A stretch of DNA of 64,000 bases from Octopus sinensis. Lineage: Eukaryota. Shown here piece after piece: positions 12,246 to 23,756 of this stretch. The position numbers and the translations under genes are program-made. Location of the stretch: assembly GCF_006345805.1 (NCBI RefSeq), contig NC_043013.1, forward strand, positions 55,800,001-55,864,000, in the 5' to 3' direction. The stretch's first letter is position 1. Every line of letters starts with the position of its first letter. Under the pieces are notes generated by a model that worked only from the letters and a program-made list of their open reading frames with translations, did no database searches and was not told where the DNA came from.

Positions 12246-14491
12246 CAATGTGCAGATGTCAGAGTGAATTAAATCACATGAACAACAGTTTAAAATGGAT
12301 ACATTTACAAGAATTTGAAATGTATATACAATAAACTGTTGAAATTAAACAGTTCTCTTTTGGTTTTATAACATTAAGAAAGAAAAATATGCACATATGA
12401 GAGAGAAGGGGCAACCAAAAGAAAACAGCATTCAACACATTCAATTAGAGTTATGTTTCATCTGTTTTTAAAACCAATTTCATTAAACAGCAGACAGCAC
12501 TACATTACTTAAAGTTTTATGGGTAAATTGGACATGTTCACCTCATCATGTGTTTGCTGCATCAAAAACTATTGAGAAAATGGATGTGTTCTACTTGCCA
12601 ATGAAATTTTACTTCATATGAGATTGAATCAAACTGTTTGTTAGACATGAGTAAATGCCCAAGTGACAATATGGATAAGCTAGCATTTTCAGAAAAGCAA
12701 ATCAACCAATTAAACTTGCACATTACAAATCTGTAAGAGGAACAGTAAAAATATGCAAGATTTTTATCAAGTTTAAATGTGACATTGTTTTTGTTGTTTA
12801 TATTCTAATGATGGAGCTTTGTCCCTTTGTTAGAAACCAGCCCCTTCTTCAGGGGAACAATTTCAATAATTAAAAAGAGAAAAAAGGACATACGCAGAGA
12901 CTTACACACACACATACATACACATGCACATGCATATGTATATACGTGTGTGTGTGTGTGTGTGTACATGCGTACGTGTGTGTGTGTGTGTGTGTACATG
13001 CGTACGTGTGTGTGTGTGTGTGTACATGCGTACGTGTGTGTGTGTGTGCATATATATTTATATGAATGAAATATTTAATTTGGAGATAACCCTTCAGTTG
13101 TAGGCTATTGCTTCGCTTTCGCCCCACTCAGTCTTGGAAATCCTACAATACCACCACGGGTACTTCATCATTTAAGGCATCAAAAACTTTGGTAATTTCT
13201 ATGAAAAGAACATAATTCTAGCGATACTGTCCTATGTGTAAAAAAGAATTATTTCTTAGTTTTTATAAGTATGGTCTCATCATGTTTTAGTATTCGTGTG
13301 CTTTGTATATATTTCAAAGTTATTTACTAAGCACTGGAAATATCAAATTTATGATGTTTTCCTGAAAATAACCACTGATGGAGAGATCAATTTACAGCTT
13401 CCTCAGTGACAAAACGATTCAGGTGGTGGACAGGAATCGAAGATTTAACTGTAATGTAATCTGGAACATCTTCGAAAAGAGTCTTGAATTTGCAATTCAA
13501 AAATTCAGGAAATAAAAACTTATAAGAAATTTTTACAATTTAGTTATGTTTTGACTTTACAAAATGTATGCACTGATCATACTTTTATGATTTTTACTTT
13601 CTTTAGGGTTCATGTTAACAAAAAAAAAATCAACTTTTGCAAGAAGACCTATAAAATGAGAAAGTTGAAAATTATATTTAAAGCAAGGTTGAAAATTCAG
13701 TTTTCATCTTAATTTTCAATTTTAGAAAAAATTGTTAAAAAGGGAATATATTTTCAATGTCTAGAACACTGGTAATATATGTTTAAATAAAAAAAACTCT
13801 CACACATAGTAGGAACTATTTGTTTAACATGACTGTGGTTGCTACATAAATCTTACAATGTAAGGAGAAAGTAAATATTGATGTTCTTAAGATACAACTG
13901 AAGTATTTTTCTTTTTCTTCCTTTTTTTTTTTTCCTATTTTCTATTTTCAATAAAAATTAATGTAATAACAGAAATACAATGTTTTTAAAGGAGAGAAAA
14001 ACATTATTTTTTACACTTTTTGCTCAAGTCATGACTGCTTCAAGACAACCAAAATGTAACTAAAAGTCCAAAATGACAAGGAAAAAAAAAATTAATAAAT
14101 TTATTTACTTATTTTTTAATTTCTATTTGCAAGAAACTGATTTCATTCTGACATGTTTTTGAAGCAACAATTAAGCTGTATGAAACAGAAGCAAGCAGCA
14201 GCAGCAACAACAGCAACAATAAAAACAACAACGATAATGGTAGCAGTAAGAGTAAAAATGTAGAGAGAAGGGGGTATAGGGAGAGACACAGAGGATGGGA
14301 GTAAATGAAAGACATTTAAGAGAAGTGGAAGTAGGAAATTGTGAAGGAAAGGAAGGAGAGGGGAATGAGAGAAAAGTAAAAGAAGAAGAAGAAGAAATGA
14401 CTGTTAAAGACATAATAAAACCAGAAAGTAAATGTATCAGCACCAAATATAGAAAGCAGGAAGCATATATGTATACATATATATATATATA

Positions 14492-15274
14492 TTAAGGTAT
14501 GTAGAAAAATACAACATGGACAAGAACGTATAACTCTTAGAAGACGATACAATAAACACGGACAGGACATTCGAAACCCTCAGTCTTCAGTCAAGAACCG
14601 GATCATCGTAGTAATTTCGGCTGATTAATCTTGAGATTACTAGATCACGGCCAGCCCTCCAAGAAAAACTAAGCAACGAGCATTAGAAAAACTAAGCTGG
14701 GAGCGTAGATTTCCTGGAAGAAGGATCGAATGCATACGGACACCAGGACAGCAAAAGGGACGAATATAAAAAAACAAAAAATAATGGAATACAGAAACAT
14801 GAAATACAGAAGCATTAACGGTGAATACAACAACAAGTGTCTTACGACTGATAACAAGCAAACAAATTTTTTCTCTGGCGCAAGGAAAGGAGCCTTATCG
14901 GCGATGCCTATAGCGGCGGACGAAAAACAACGATGTTAACACGACGCTGGTCAGAAGCTGAAAGGCAGATTTCGGCCAGCAGTCACGTGACAGAGAAGAG
15001 AGAAAAGAAAAGAAAGAGAAGCAACGGAAGAGAGAGAGAGAGAGGGGAGAGAGAGAGGAGGGACAAACGCAACAAAGAGAGAGAAGAGAGAGAAAGAAGG
15101 AATCAGAGAGGAGAAGGGATGGGTGTCGAAGATTGACCTGTGAGTGCAGAGCGAGACAAAGAAATAGGAGGGTAGTGGAAGATTAGACCAAAGAATCAGA
15201 GGAAAGAGAAGAGAAAAAGAGGATGAGTAGAGAGAGAAGGGGACAGATCAAGTAAAAGTGAGAGAGAGAGAGAG

Positions 15275-15277
<3 letters not shown>
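14492..15277. mobile_element. Unclassified CpG-rich interspersed element inserted between (TA)n and (GA)n/(TA)n tracts
   Basis: Abrupt shift to a CpG-rich non-coding sequence bounded by microsatellites. The motif tcacgtgacagagaagagag has an inverted counterpart at ~31455-31473. Confidence 0.4.
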
Positions 15278-15319
<42 letters not shown>

Positions 15320-15322
<3 letters not shown>

Positions 15323-16055
15323 TCATCATCATCATCATTATTTAACGTCCGCTTTCCATGCTAGCATGGGTTGGACGGTTCAACTGGTGTCTGGGGAGCC
15401 TGAAGGCTGCACCAGGCCAGTCAGATCTGGCAGTGTTTCTACAGCTGGATGCCCTTCCTAACACCAACCACTCCGAGAGTGTAGTGGGTGATTTTATGTG
15501 CCACCGACACAGGTGCCAGACGAGGCTGGCGAATGGCCACGCTCGGATGGTGTTTTTATGTGCCACCGACACAGGTGCCAGACAAGGCTAGCAGACGACC
15601 ACGCTCGGATGGTGTTTTTATGTGCCACCGACACAGGTGCCAGACGAGGCTGGCGAACGGCCACGCTCGGATGGTGTTTTTATGTCCCACCGACACAGGT
15701 GCCAGACAAGGCTAGCAGACGACCACGCTCGGATGGTGTTTTTTATGTGCCACCGACACAGGTGCCAGACGAGGCTGGCGAATGGCCACGCTCGGATGGT
15801 GTTTTTATGTGCCACCGACACAGGTGCCAGACAAGGCTAGCAGACGACCACGATCGGATGGTGTTTTTTATGTGCCACCGACACAGGAGCCAGATTAGGC
15901 TGGCGATCGGCCACGATTGGATGGTGATTGTTACGTGCCCACAGCATGGAGGCCAGTTGGTGCGGTACTGGCTACGGCCACGTTCGGATGGTATTCTTGT
16001 GTGCCACCGGCACTGGTACCACAAAGATACAAATTCCATTGATGTTCATCTATTT

Positions 16056-16058
<3 letters not shown>
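15320..16058 (-). mobile_element. RTE-type 3' UTR element with ~62-bp minisatellite (inverted paralog of 540-1321)
   Basis: (cat)n tail, tttaacgtccgctttccatgctagcatgggttggacgg, tandem gtgccaccgacacaggtgccagac units, ending at aattccattgatgttcatctattttga. Confidence 0.8.
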
Positions 16059-16150
<92 letters not shown>

Positions 16151-16397
16151 TATATATACATCTATCAATATATAAATATATATATATATGTATATATATA
16201 TATTATATAAAAGGGCTTAGTAAAATAAATTACTTTGCCGCATACTGAACTCATTAGAAATAGCAGCTAAAAAACTTTTTTAAAACTATTTCTAATACTT
16301 AAAGAAAACCTCTCTCATATAGTGTCTGCTCAACTCAACCCACGCAAACATGGGGGTAGAGACATTAAAAAAAAAAAAACCAAGTGCAAAGGTTATT

Positions 16398-16449
16398 TGA
16401 GAACGTACGTTTCAAGATTAGTCAACACGACATTTCTATCATCAGCTCA
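16398..16449 (-). ncRNA. Type I hammerhead ribozyme motif (inverted copy)
   Basis: Minus strand: UGAG CUGAUGA [stem II] GAAA C GUAC G UU CUCA. Confidence 0.65.
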
Positions 16450-17008
16450 GAACTCCCTGGTTTGGACCCGAAAACACTGAAAGTGGGAGCATGCCCTTTC
16501 GGCCTCCTCTCGCTTCCGAAGATCCGCTCCCAACTAACAGTGCCAACAAACCCCAAAATGCAAGCGAAGAATTTCTGCTCTCCCCTTTCCACCAGCGTGG
16601 GTTAAAATCAGCAAACACTATGCCTCCTTCGGTAAAGTCCGCGGCATTATATAGAGAGAGATGAATTTATTTTACTAAGCCCTTTTATATAATGTAATAA
16701 TTTGAATTCGCCTTAAATGGTCCCTTTGCATACTGAATACTTGGTGAAATTGATTAATTAATTAATTTTACCCTCAATTGTTGAAATTATAATTCATCTC
16801 TCTCTATATAATGCCGCGGACTTTACCGAAGGAGGCATAGTGTTTGCTGATTTTAACCCACGCTGGTGGAAAGGGGAGAGCAGAAATTCTTCGCTTGCAT
16901 TTTTGGGTTTGTTGGCACTGTTAGTTGGGAGCGGATCTTCGGAAGCGAGAGGAGGCCGAAAGGGTATGCTCCCACTTTCAGTGTTTTCGGGTCCAAACCA
17001 GGGAGTTC

Positions 17009-17060
17009 TGAGCTGATGATAGAAATGTCGTGTTGACTAATCTTGAAACGTACATTCTCA
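17009..17060 (+). ncRNA. Type I hammerhead motif, unit 1 (stem III G>A variant)
   Basis: tgag ctgatga tagaaatgtcgtgttgactaatctt gaaa cgtaca tt ctca; the G>A change breaks the C-G pair and the palindrome of stem III. Confidence 0.55.
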
Positions 17061-17565
17061 AATAACCTTTGCACTTGGTTTTTTTAATGTCTCTACCCCC
17101 ATGTTTGCGTGGGTTGAGTTGAGCAGACACTATATGAGAGAGGTTTTCTTTAAGTATTAGAAATAGTTTTAAAAAAGTTTTTTAGCTGCTATTTCTAATG
17201 AGTTCAGTATGCGGCAAAGTAATTTATTTTACTAAGCCCTTTTATATAATGTAATAATTTGAATTCGCCTTAAATGGTCCCTTTGCATACTGAATACTTG
17301 GTGAAATTGATTAATTAATTAATTTTACCCTCAATTGTTGAAATTATAATTCATCTCTCTCTATATAATGCCGCGGACTTTACCGAAGGAGGCATAGTGT
17401 TTGCTGATTTTAACCCACGCTGGTGGAAAGGGGAGAGCAGAAATTCTTCGCTTGCATTTTTGGGTTTGTTGGCACTGTTAGTTGGGAGCGGATCTTCGGA
17501 AGCGAGAGGAGGCCGAAAGGGTATGCTCCCACTTTCAGTGTTTTCGGGTCCAAACCAGGGAGTTC

Positions 17566-17617
17566 TGAGCTGATGATAGAAATGTCGTGTTGACTAATCT
17601 TGAAACGTACGTTCTCA
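17566..17617 (+). ncRNA. Type I hammerhead ribozyme motif, unit 2
   Basis: tgag ctgatga … gaaa cgtacg tt ctca. Stem I is tgag/ctca, stem III is the palindrome acgtacgt, and the cleavage triplet is GUU. Confidence 0.7.
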
Positions 17618-18122
17618 AATAACCTTTGCACTTGGTTTTTTTAATGTCTCTACCCCCATGTTTGCGTGGGTTGAGTTGAGCAGACACTATATGAGAGAGG
17701 TTTTCTTTAAGTATTAGAAATAGTTTTAAAAAAGTTTTTTAGCTGCTATTTCTAATGAGTTCAGTATGCGGCAAAGTAATTTATTTTACTAAGCCCTTTT
17801 ATATAATGTAATAATTTGAATTCGCCTTAAATGGTCCCTTTGCATACTGAATACTTGGTGAAATTGATTAATTAATTAATTTTACCCTCAATTGTTGAAA
17901 TTATAATTCATCTCTCTCTATATAATGCCGCGGACTTTACCGAAGGAGGCATAGTGTTTGCTGATTTTAACCCACGCTGGTGGAAAGGGGAGAGCAGAAA
18001 TTCTTCGCTTGCATTTTTGGGTTTGTTGGCACTGTTAGTTGGGAGCGGATCTTCGGAAGCGAGAGGAGGCCGAAAGGATATGCTCCCACTTTCAGTGTTT
18101 TCGGGTCCAAACCAGGGAGTTC

Positions 18123-18174
18123 TGAGCTGATGATAGAAATGTCGTGTTGACTAATCTTGAAACGTACGTTCTCA
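18123..18174 (+). ncRNA. Type I hammerhead ribozyme motif, unit 3
   Basis: Same motif as unit 2. Confidence 0.7.
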
Positions 18175-18659
18175 AATAACCTTTGCACTGGTTTTTTAAT
18201 GTCTCTACCCCCATGTTTGCGTGGGTTGAGTTGAGCAGACACTATATGAGAGAGGTTTCTTTAAGTATTAGAAATAGTTTTAAAAAAGTTTTTTAGCTGC
18301 TATTTCTAATGAGTTCAGTATGCGGCAAAGTAATTTATTTTACTAAGCCCTTTTATATAATGTAATAATTTGAATTCGCCTTAAATGGTCCCTTTGCATA
18401 CTGAACACTTGGTGAAATTGATTAATTAATTAATTTTACCCTCAATTGTTGTATATATATATATATATTTTTATCAATATATATGTATATGTATGTATAT
18501 GTTTACATACAAACATACATATATGCATACACATATAAGTATACACACAGGCACACACACATATAACTAAAAGACTTTTCCAAGTGGTGCCATTGAGTTA
18601 GTCATGGCCTGGGCTGATAATGGCTGAAACCAATCTAAGTTATCTATATAAATATATAT

Positions 18660-19028
18660 ATAAAAATTCTATAAGTATAATTATAATTAGGTTTCAGCAA
18701 AAATTGCTTCACTGCAAACCAAAATTTAGAAATAGCAGTTAAATACTATTCTACTACCATAAGATATCTCCCAGACAGCAATACTCCCAACTCACGCAGG
18801 TAAAGAGTAAAAAATAACGAATTCATCTGGATTTGATTAACTATATACACGTTTCTGGGTGAAAGAGATGTAAAAACATGTAAAATCATATTTCTACTCA
18901 TTTACTCCCATCATCAGTATAGTATTTCAATTTTAAATTTGAGAGCACTAATAATTAACATACCGAACTACTTGGTAAAATTATTAATTATTAATTGATT
19001 GATTAATTTTCGCCTTTATTATTATTGA
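18660..19028. mobile_element. Diverged relative of the 557-bp pLTR-like element, between (TA)n tracts
   Basis: Shares ttagaaatagcag(t/c)taaa with the inverted arm and the tacttggt(a/g)aaatt…attaatttt terminus with the forward unit; contains an HHR on the minus strand. Confidence 0.6.
18840..18923 (-). ncRNA. Type I hammerhead ribozyme motif with long stem II
   Basis: Minus: actata CUGAUGA uggg…(long insert)…ccca GAAA C GU G UA uauagu. Stem I is a perfect 6 bp and the triplet is GUA. Confidence 0.7.
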
Positions 19029-20494
19029 TAATATATATATATATGCGTGACTTGTGTCTGTGCTTTTATGAACTTCTCAAGGCTAAAGACAAAGTATTCA
19101 GCATTCTAACAAGCTATCCCTGCTAAGTTGGATGTAAAGATTGCTTTTAGGTACTGCTTCTGCTACTAATAATTACTTCCTAATAACCTTGTTGGCCCTT
19201 TGCAACATCAGTGTCTGAAAAGATATTCTGTATAACATTGCAGTAAGATTTGTTTGGAGTGTTGTCACTGGCGATTACCAGTAGAATGAAATCACAGGAT
19301 ATGGGAGTTCTGGCACGTATAACAAACGATTCTCATCTGCTAAAACTTATGTCTCAGCTTTTATGTCTCTTTACCTGTGTGAGAGGATCTCCCAAGTCTA
19401 ATAATGCTGTATTCAGAGTCTAACAAGGCATCTATGTTGAGTTGGATATAAAGATTGCCTTTTACTACTAATACTGCTTCTATCACTGATAACTAATATA
19501 TATGTATGTGTGTATGTGTGTGTATATATGCACACATGCACACACACACATACTATCTCTCTCAAACACACACACACATATATGTAGGGAAGTCAGAGAA
19601 AGAGAGGATTTTAAATGTAAAACCATTGCAAAGACAACACAGAAAGCACAAAGTGCATTGAGTATAGAATTGGTTTAACACTTGGGAGGAATTCTTGAAA
19701 AGTGTAAGCGGTCATTTCAGATATTTGTCCTTCTTCAAAAAGAAAGAAGAGGAACTTGCTGAAGAAAAGTATTATGGAATACATTAGAAAGAAAATATAT
19801 ACAAACTGATCACCTGATAATCTAACTTCACAGCAATATATACAGAACAAAATTCTACATGAAGAGAGCAGACAATTTTGGAAAGGAGTCAGAAGATTAA
19901 TATATTCCTGTGTGTTAGCACATCAAGTGAGATTTAGTTAGGTTTAACAGCAACATCTTTCACTCATATCAACAAAAACCAAATCATCAGAAAATTTCAA
20001 TCTAAAAAGCTTAACTCAACAGAAGAATTTCAATAAAGTGTTTGAATGATTTTTTTTTTTCCAATTTCTTTCTTCCACCCTTTCACACAATTCAATTTAT
20101 TCAATTACAAATAAGTATTTTTGTTCTCAAATAAACAATTTGGTAATTCTCTCTGTATCTGACCAATCTTTACCATTTTTTAAACTTTATTTTTAGTAAA
20201 TATTTTTCTAAACTATACAAGATTATTTCCGTCTTAATATTTGTCTCACTTTTGTAAGAAATATTTAATCTTGAGTAGATTAAATATTCGAACCGATTAC
20301 AAGCCTTCAGTTATAGAGGCATTGCATTAGCCAAGCTACCATCAATATTGCATTAAGGAGCCTGGTTTGTTTTATTTTGCTTAGACATTGTTGAAATATC
20401 TATTCTAAATATATTCGTATTAGTGGGGATAACAAATAAATCAATAAAAAAATATATTAAAAAGCAACAAAACTATAATATATATGTATATACA

Positions 20495-20543
<49 letters not shown>

Positions 20544-20552
20544 ACATACATA

Positions 20553-20583
<31 letters not shown>

Positions 20584-20617
20584 ACATACATATACACATG
20601 CATACATATACATATAC

Positions 20618-20729
<112 letters not shown>

Positions 20730-21850
20730 TATTCTATTTTGATTAGTTTATTGTTTTGGAAGTGTTTATGTAAGATAGTTTAATGCTTTGTTGTTCTGTA
20801 TGTATAAATCTGCCAATACCAACACCAACATATTTAGAAATATAAGTCAAATATATTTGGTCTGGCATAGAGATTTATATTACCACCGATCTCTTTGTCA
20901 GACAAGTTTTCTGGAAAGTAAGAAGCAATGAAGTTTTCCTTCAAAAATTAATTAAAATAACAAAGCATTGTAATTTCAAAATACAAAACAGAATTAAAAA
21001 AAAAACTCCAGACAAATTAACCGAAAGAACAGGTTGTCTTTCATTTTGTATTTTATGATGATATAAATACTTTGATTTCCTATGATGCTCACAGTTTGAT
21101 GTAGGATCAACACAGAAAATACGACATAAAAGCCAATGAAGTTTACATGAACCAGAATAAATAAAAAGTTGAATGACCCACGATGTGAAAGCAGTTTTCT
21201 ATTGTAAGTCATTCACTATTTTAATTAATTACTCAGTAAATTACTGGGGAACGTATGAGCTACATGGCTGTGGGTAACTCTAAGTCATCTTTTGACATGG
21301 TTTCTACAGTGGGAAGCCTTTCCTGATGCCAACCACTTTACAGAGTGTACTGAAGTTACCATGAAACTTGCAAAACAGAAGAGAACAAAGGAAAAGAAAA
21401 TGGAAAAATCTCTCCCTATTAAGGGGAAGTATTTGGGAATGGCAGATGGAGGTGGGCAGCTTTAGGCCAGGTGTTCAAAGGCTAAATTATGGTAGAGGAA
21501 CAAGCAAAGGCGTCTTGCTATGGAAATATGGCTGAAGGAAATGAGAGGAATGTAGTGATAGAGTGCAAGAGCAAACTCTCAGCTATCTCTATGCTTGTGT
21601 ATCTTTGTGTCTGAATATGTCAACCCCTTCTTCCCACCACCACTACCACCACCACCGCCGCTTGACAACTGGTGCTGGTTTCTTTATGTCTCCAGAACTT
21701 TGCAGTTCCACATAAGTCACCAACAGAACAAGTACCAGACTTGTAAAAAAAAGCAGCATATTTGACAAAAATCTTTCAAGGCAGTGCCCCAGTATGGCTG
21801 GGTGACATGAAACAAGTAGAAAGAATATATACATTGATAGAGGAAGAGAA

Positions 21851-21898
<48 letters not shown>

Positions 21899-22479
21899 AT
21901 CTAGATAGAAATATAGATATATTGTTATTATTAAATCACATTTGATGACAAATGAATTATACGTGTATATTGTTGGAAATAGAAGCTGGTATTTATTGAA
22001 TGATACAGTTATGGAGACTCACATACAGGACTTTAAGTTTCTGTGTTAATGATATGATGATTACTGCATTTGTTTAGCTATCATAAGCCTGGTAGCACCA
22101 TCAACTACAAACACAAAAGAAAACTGCACCATTGGTTGGAACAAAAAGTCCCTCTCAGCATTTGATCATACAAAGCAAACAAAGTTTTTGGGCTTGATGG
22201 CCAGAACTTAGATAGGTAGGTAGAAAGGTAGGTAGGTAGGTAGGAAGATAGGTAAGGAGGTAGGAAGATAGGTAGGGAGGTAAGCAGGTAGATAGACAGA
22301 GAAAGTGTGTGTGTGTGGTTCAAATGAACTGAAAGATACTGTATTGATGATAGAAGAGGCTGACAGAAGTAAGCAAACATCTGTAAGCCGTAAACCATGT
22401 TGGTCAGTGAATCATTAGTGACCACTTAAATGAACTTGTTTTGGCTCTAGCCTAAGGTATTTAGATGCATCGTCATCAT

Positions 22480-22511
<32 letters not shown>

Positions 22512-22997
22512 GCAACAGCAGTGACAAAGTGAGCTGGCTGCATCTGTTGTGCAACAAAACCTTTGGCTTCATATAGTTTATGGTGGCTGGCTTTGTGAAA
22601 CACCTGTTGTACATTAAAGAGATCATAAATATCAATTCTACTTTCTGTATTTCTTTTCTCTACACACTCAAACACATACATTACATACGTACATACATAC
22701 CTACATACACACATGCACACACACACACACACACACACATATCATCATCATCATCATCATCCTTTAACGTCTGTTATCCATGGTGGCATGGCTTGGACAG
22801 TTTGACAAAAGTTGGCAAGCCAGAGGTCCATACCAAAGTCTGTTTGGGCATGATTTTCTTGGCTGGATGCCCTTCCTAATGCCAACCACTTAACAGAGTT
22901 TGGACTGGGTGAATTCTACATGGCACCAACAGGAGTGAGGCCACCAAGTAACGTACAGGACAAGACAAAGTCACCCCACCCCTGCCAACTGGGAAGG

Positions 22998-23265
22998 TGA
23001 CTAGTATTGAGGGAGGTGGCTTTATGCCAGTTGATGAGAAGCTAGAAAGTAATAGAGACACACACCCACACCTACGCGCACCCACACCTACACACACACA
23101 CACATATATACATACATACATACACATATATACATACATACATATATATATGTATATATGTGTGGGAGTGTGTAGGTGTGGGTGCGTGTAGGTGTGGGTG
23201 TGTGTCTCTATTACTTTCTAACTTCTCATCAACTGGCATAAAGCCACCTCCCTCAATACTAGTCA
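22998..23265. repeat. Near-perfect inverted duplication (hairpin) centred on a CA/TA microsatellite
   Basis: tgactagtattgagggaggtggctttatgccagttgatgagaag… and its reverse complement end at 23265; the ORF track shows the same peptide start on both strands. Confidence 0.9.
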
Positions 23266-23276
23266 TGTTTGGATTA

Positions 23277-23332
<56 letters not shown>

Positions 23333-23334
<2 letters not shown>

Positions 23335-23604
23335 GAGGTGCAATGGCCCAGCGGTTAGGGCAGTGGACTCACGGTTGTAGGATCACAGTTTCGATTCCCA
23401 GACCGGGCGTTGTGAGTGTTTATTGAGCAAAAACACCTAAAGCTCCACAAGGCTCTGGCAGGGGTGGTGGTGATCCCTGCTGTAATCTTTCACCACTCTT
23501 TCTCCTGTTGGCCTGCTCACTTAGCCAGTGGGGTGGCGTCATTTGAAGGCTAAAAACAATGCGAAGCGCATTGTGACCAGCGATGTGTAGCGACATCTGA
23601 TAAC
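23333..23604 (+). mobile_element. tRNA-derived SINE family C
   Basis: ggaggtgcaatggcccagcggttagggcagtggactc…gtttcgattcccagaccgggc, with A box TGGCCCAGCGG and B box GTTTCGATTCC. Its 3' part recurs at 25787-25900. Confidence 0.8.
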
Positions 23605-23756
23605 CTTATTTGCATCACTTTTCCATTGTGATACAAATAAATTGAACCAAGTATCTATTATAGTTTTCTTTGCCATTTTCTTTTATCAGCTTCATATATA
23701 TATATATAATACACACTCACACACACATATTCATGCTCTTTACTCTCTCTTTTCTC

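Larger units (their letters stand above)
16202..18451. mobile_element. Hammerhead-containing Penelope pLTR/retrozyme-like array: inverted partial copy plus ~3.2 tandem ~557-bp units
   Basis: Forward units start at 16664, 17221, 17778 and 18332 (periods 557, 557, 554). 16202-16667 is a reverse-complement partial unit. The array is flanked on both sides by (TA)n, and the inverted copy and each full unit carry a CTGATGA…GAAAC HHR core. Confidence 0.8.

Noticed and set aside
12805-12900. Short repeat (related copy at ~48780-48880) with CUGAAGA and a hairpin on the minus strand
   Set aside because: No GAAA box follows stem II; kept only as an unclassified repeat.
14560-14680. Minus-strand CUGAAGA and ggcug…cagcc-GAAA motifs as a hammerhead
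   Set aside because: The boxes are not in a canonical arrangement with a pairing stem I, so a complete fold could not be drawn.
16384-18242. Repeated 73-aa ORF MQRLFENVRFK…
   Set aside because: It starts at a non-ATG codon, runs antisense to the HHR and has no recognisable domain; it recurs only because the unit is repeated.
23333-23410. tRNA gene
   Set aside because: The tRNA-like head continues into a SINE body found in several diverged copies and lacks a proper acceptor stem and terminator.
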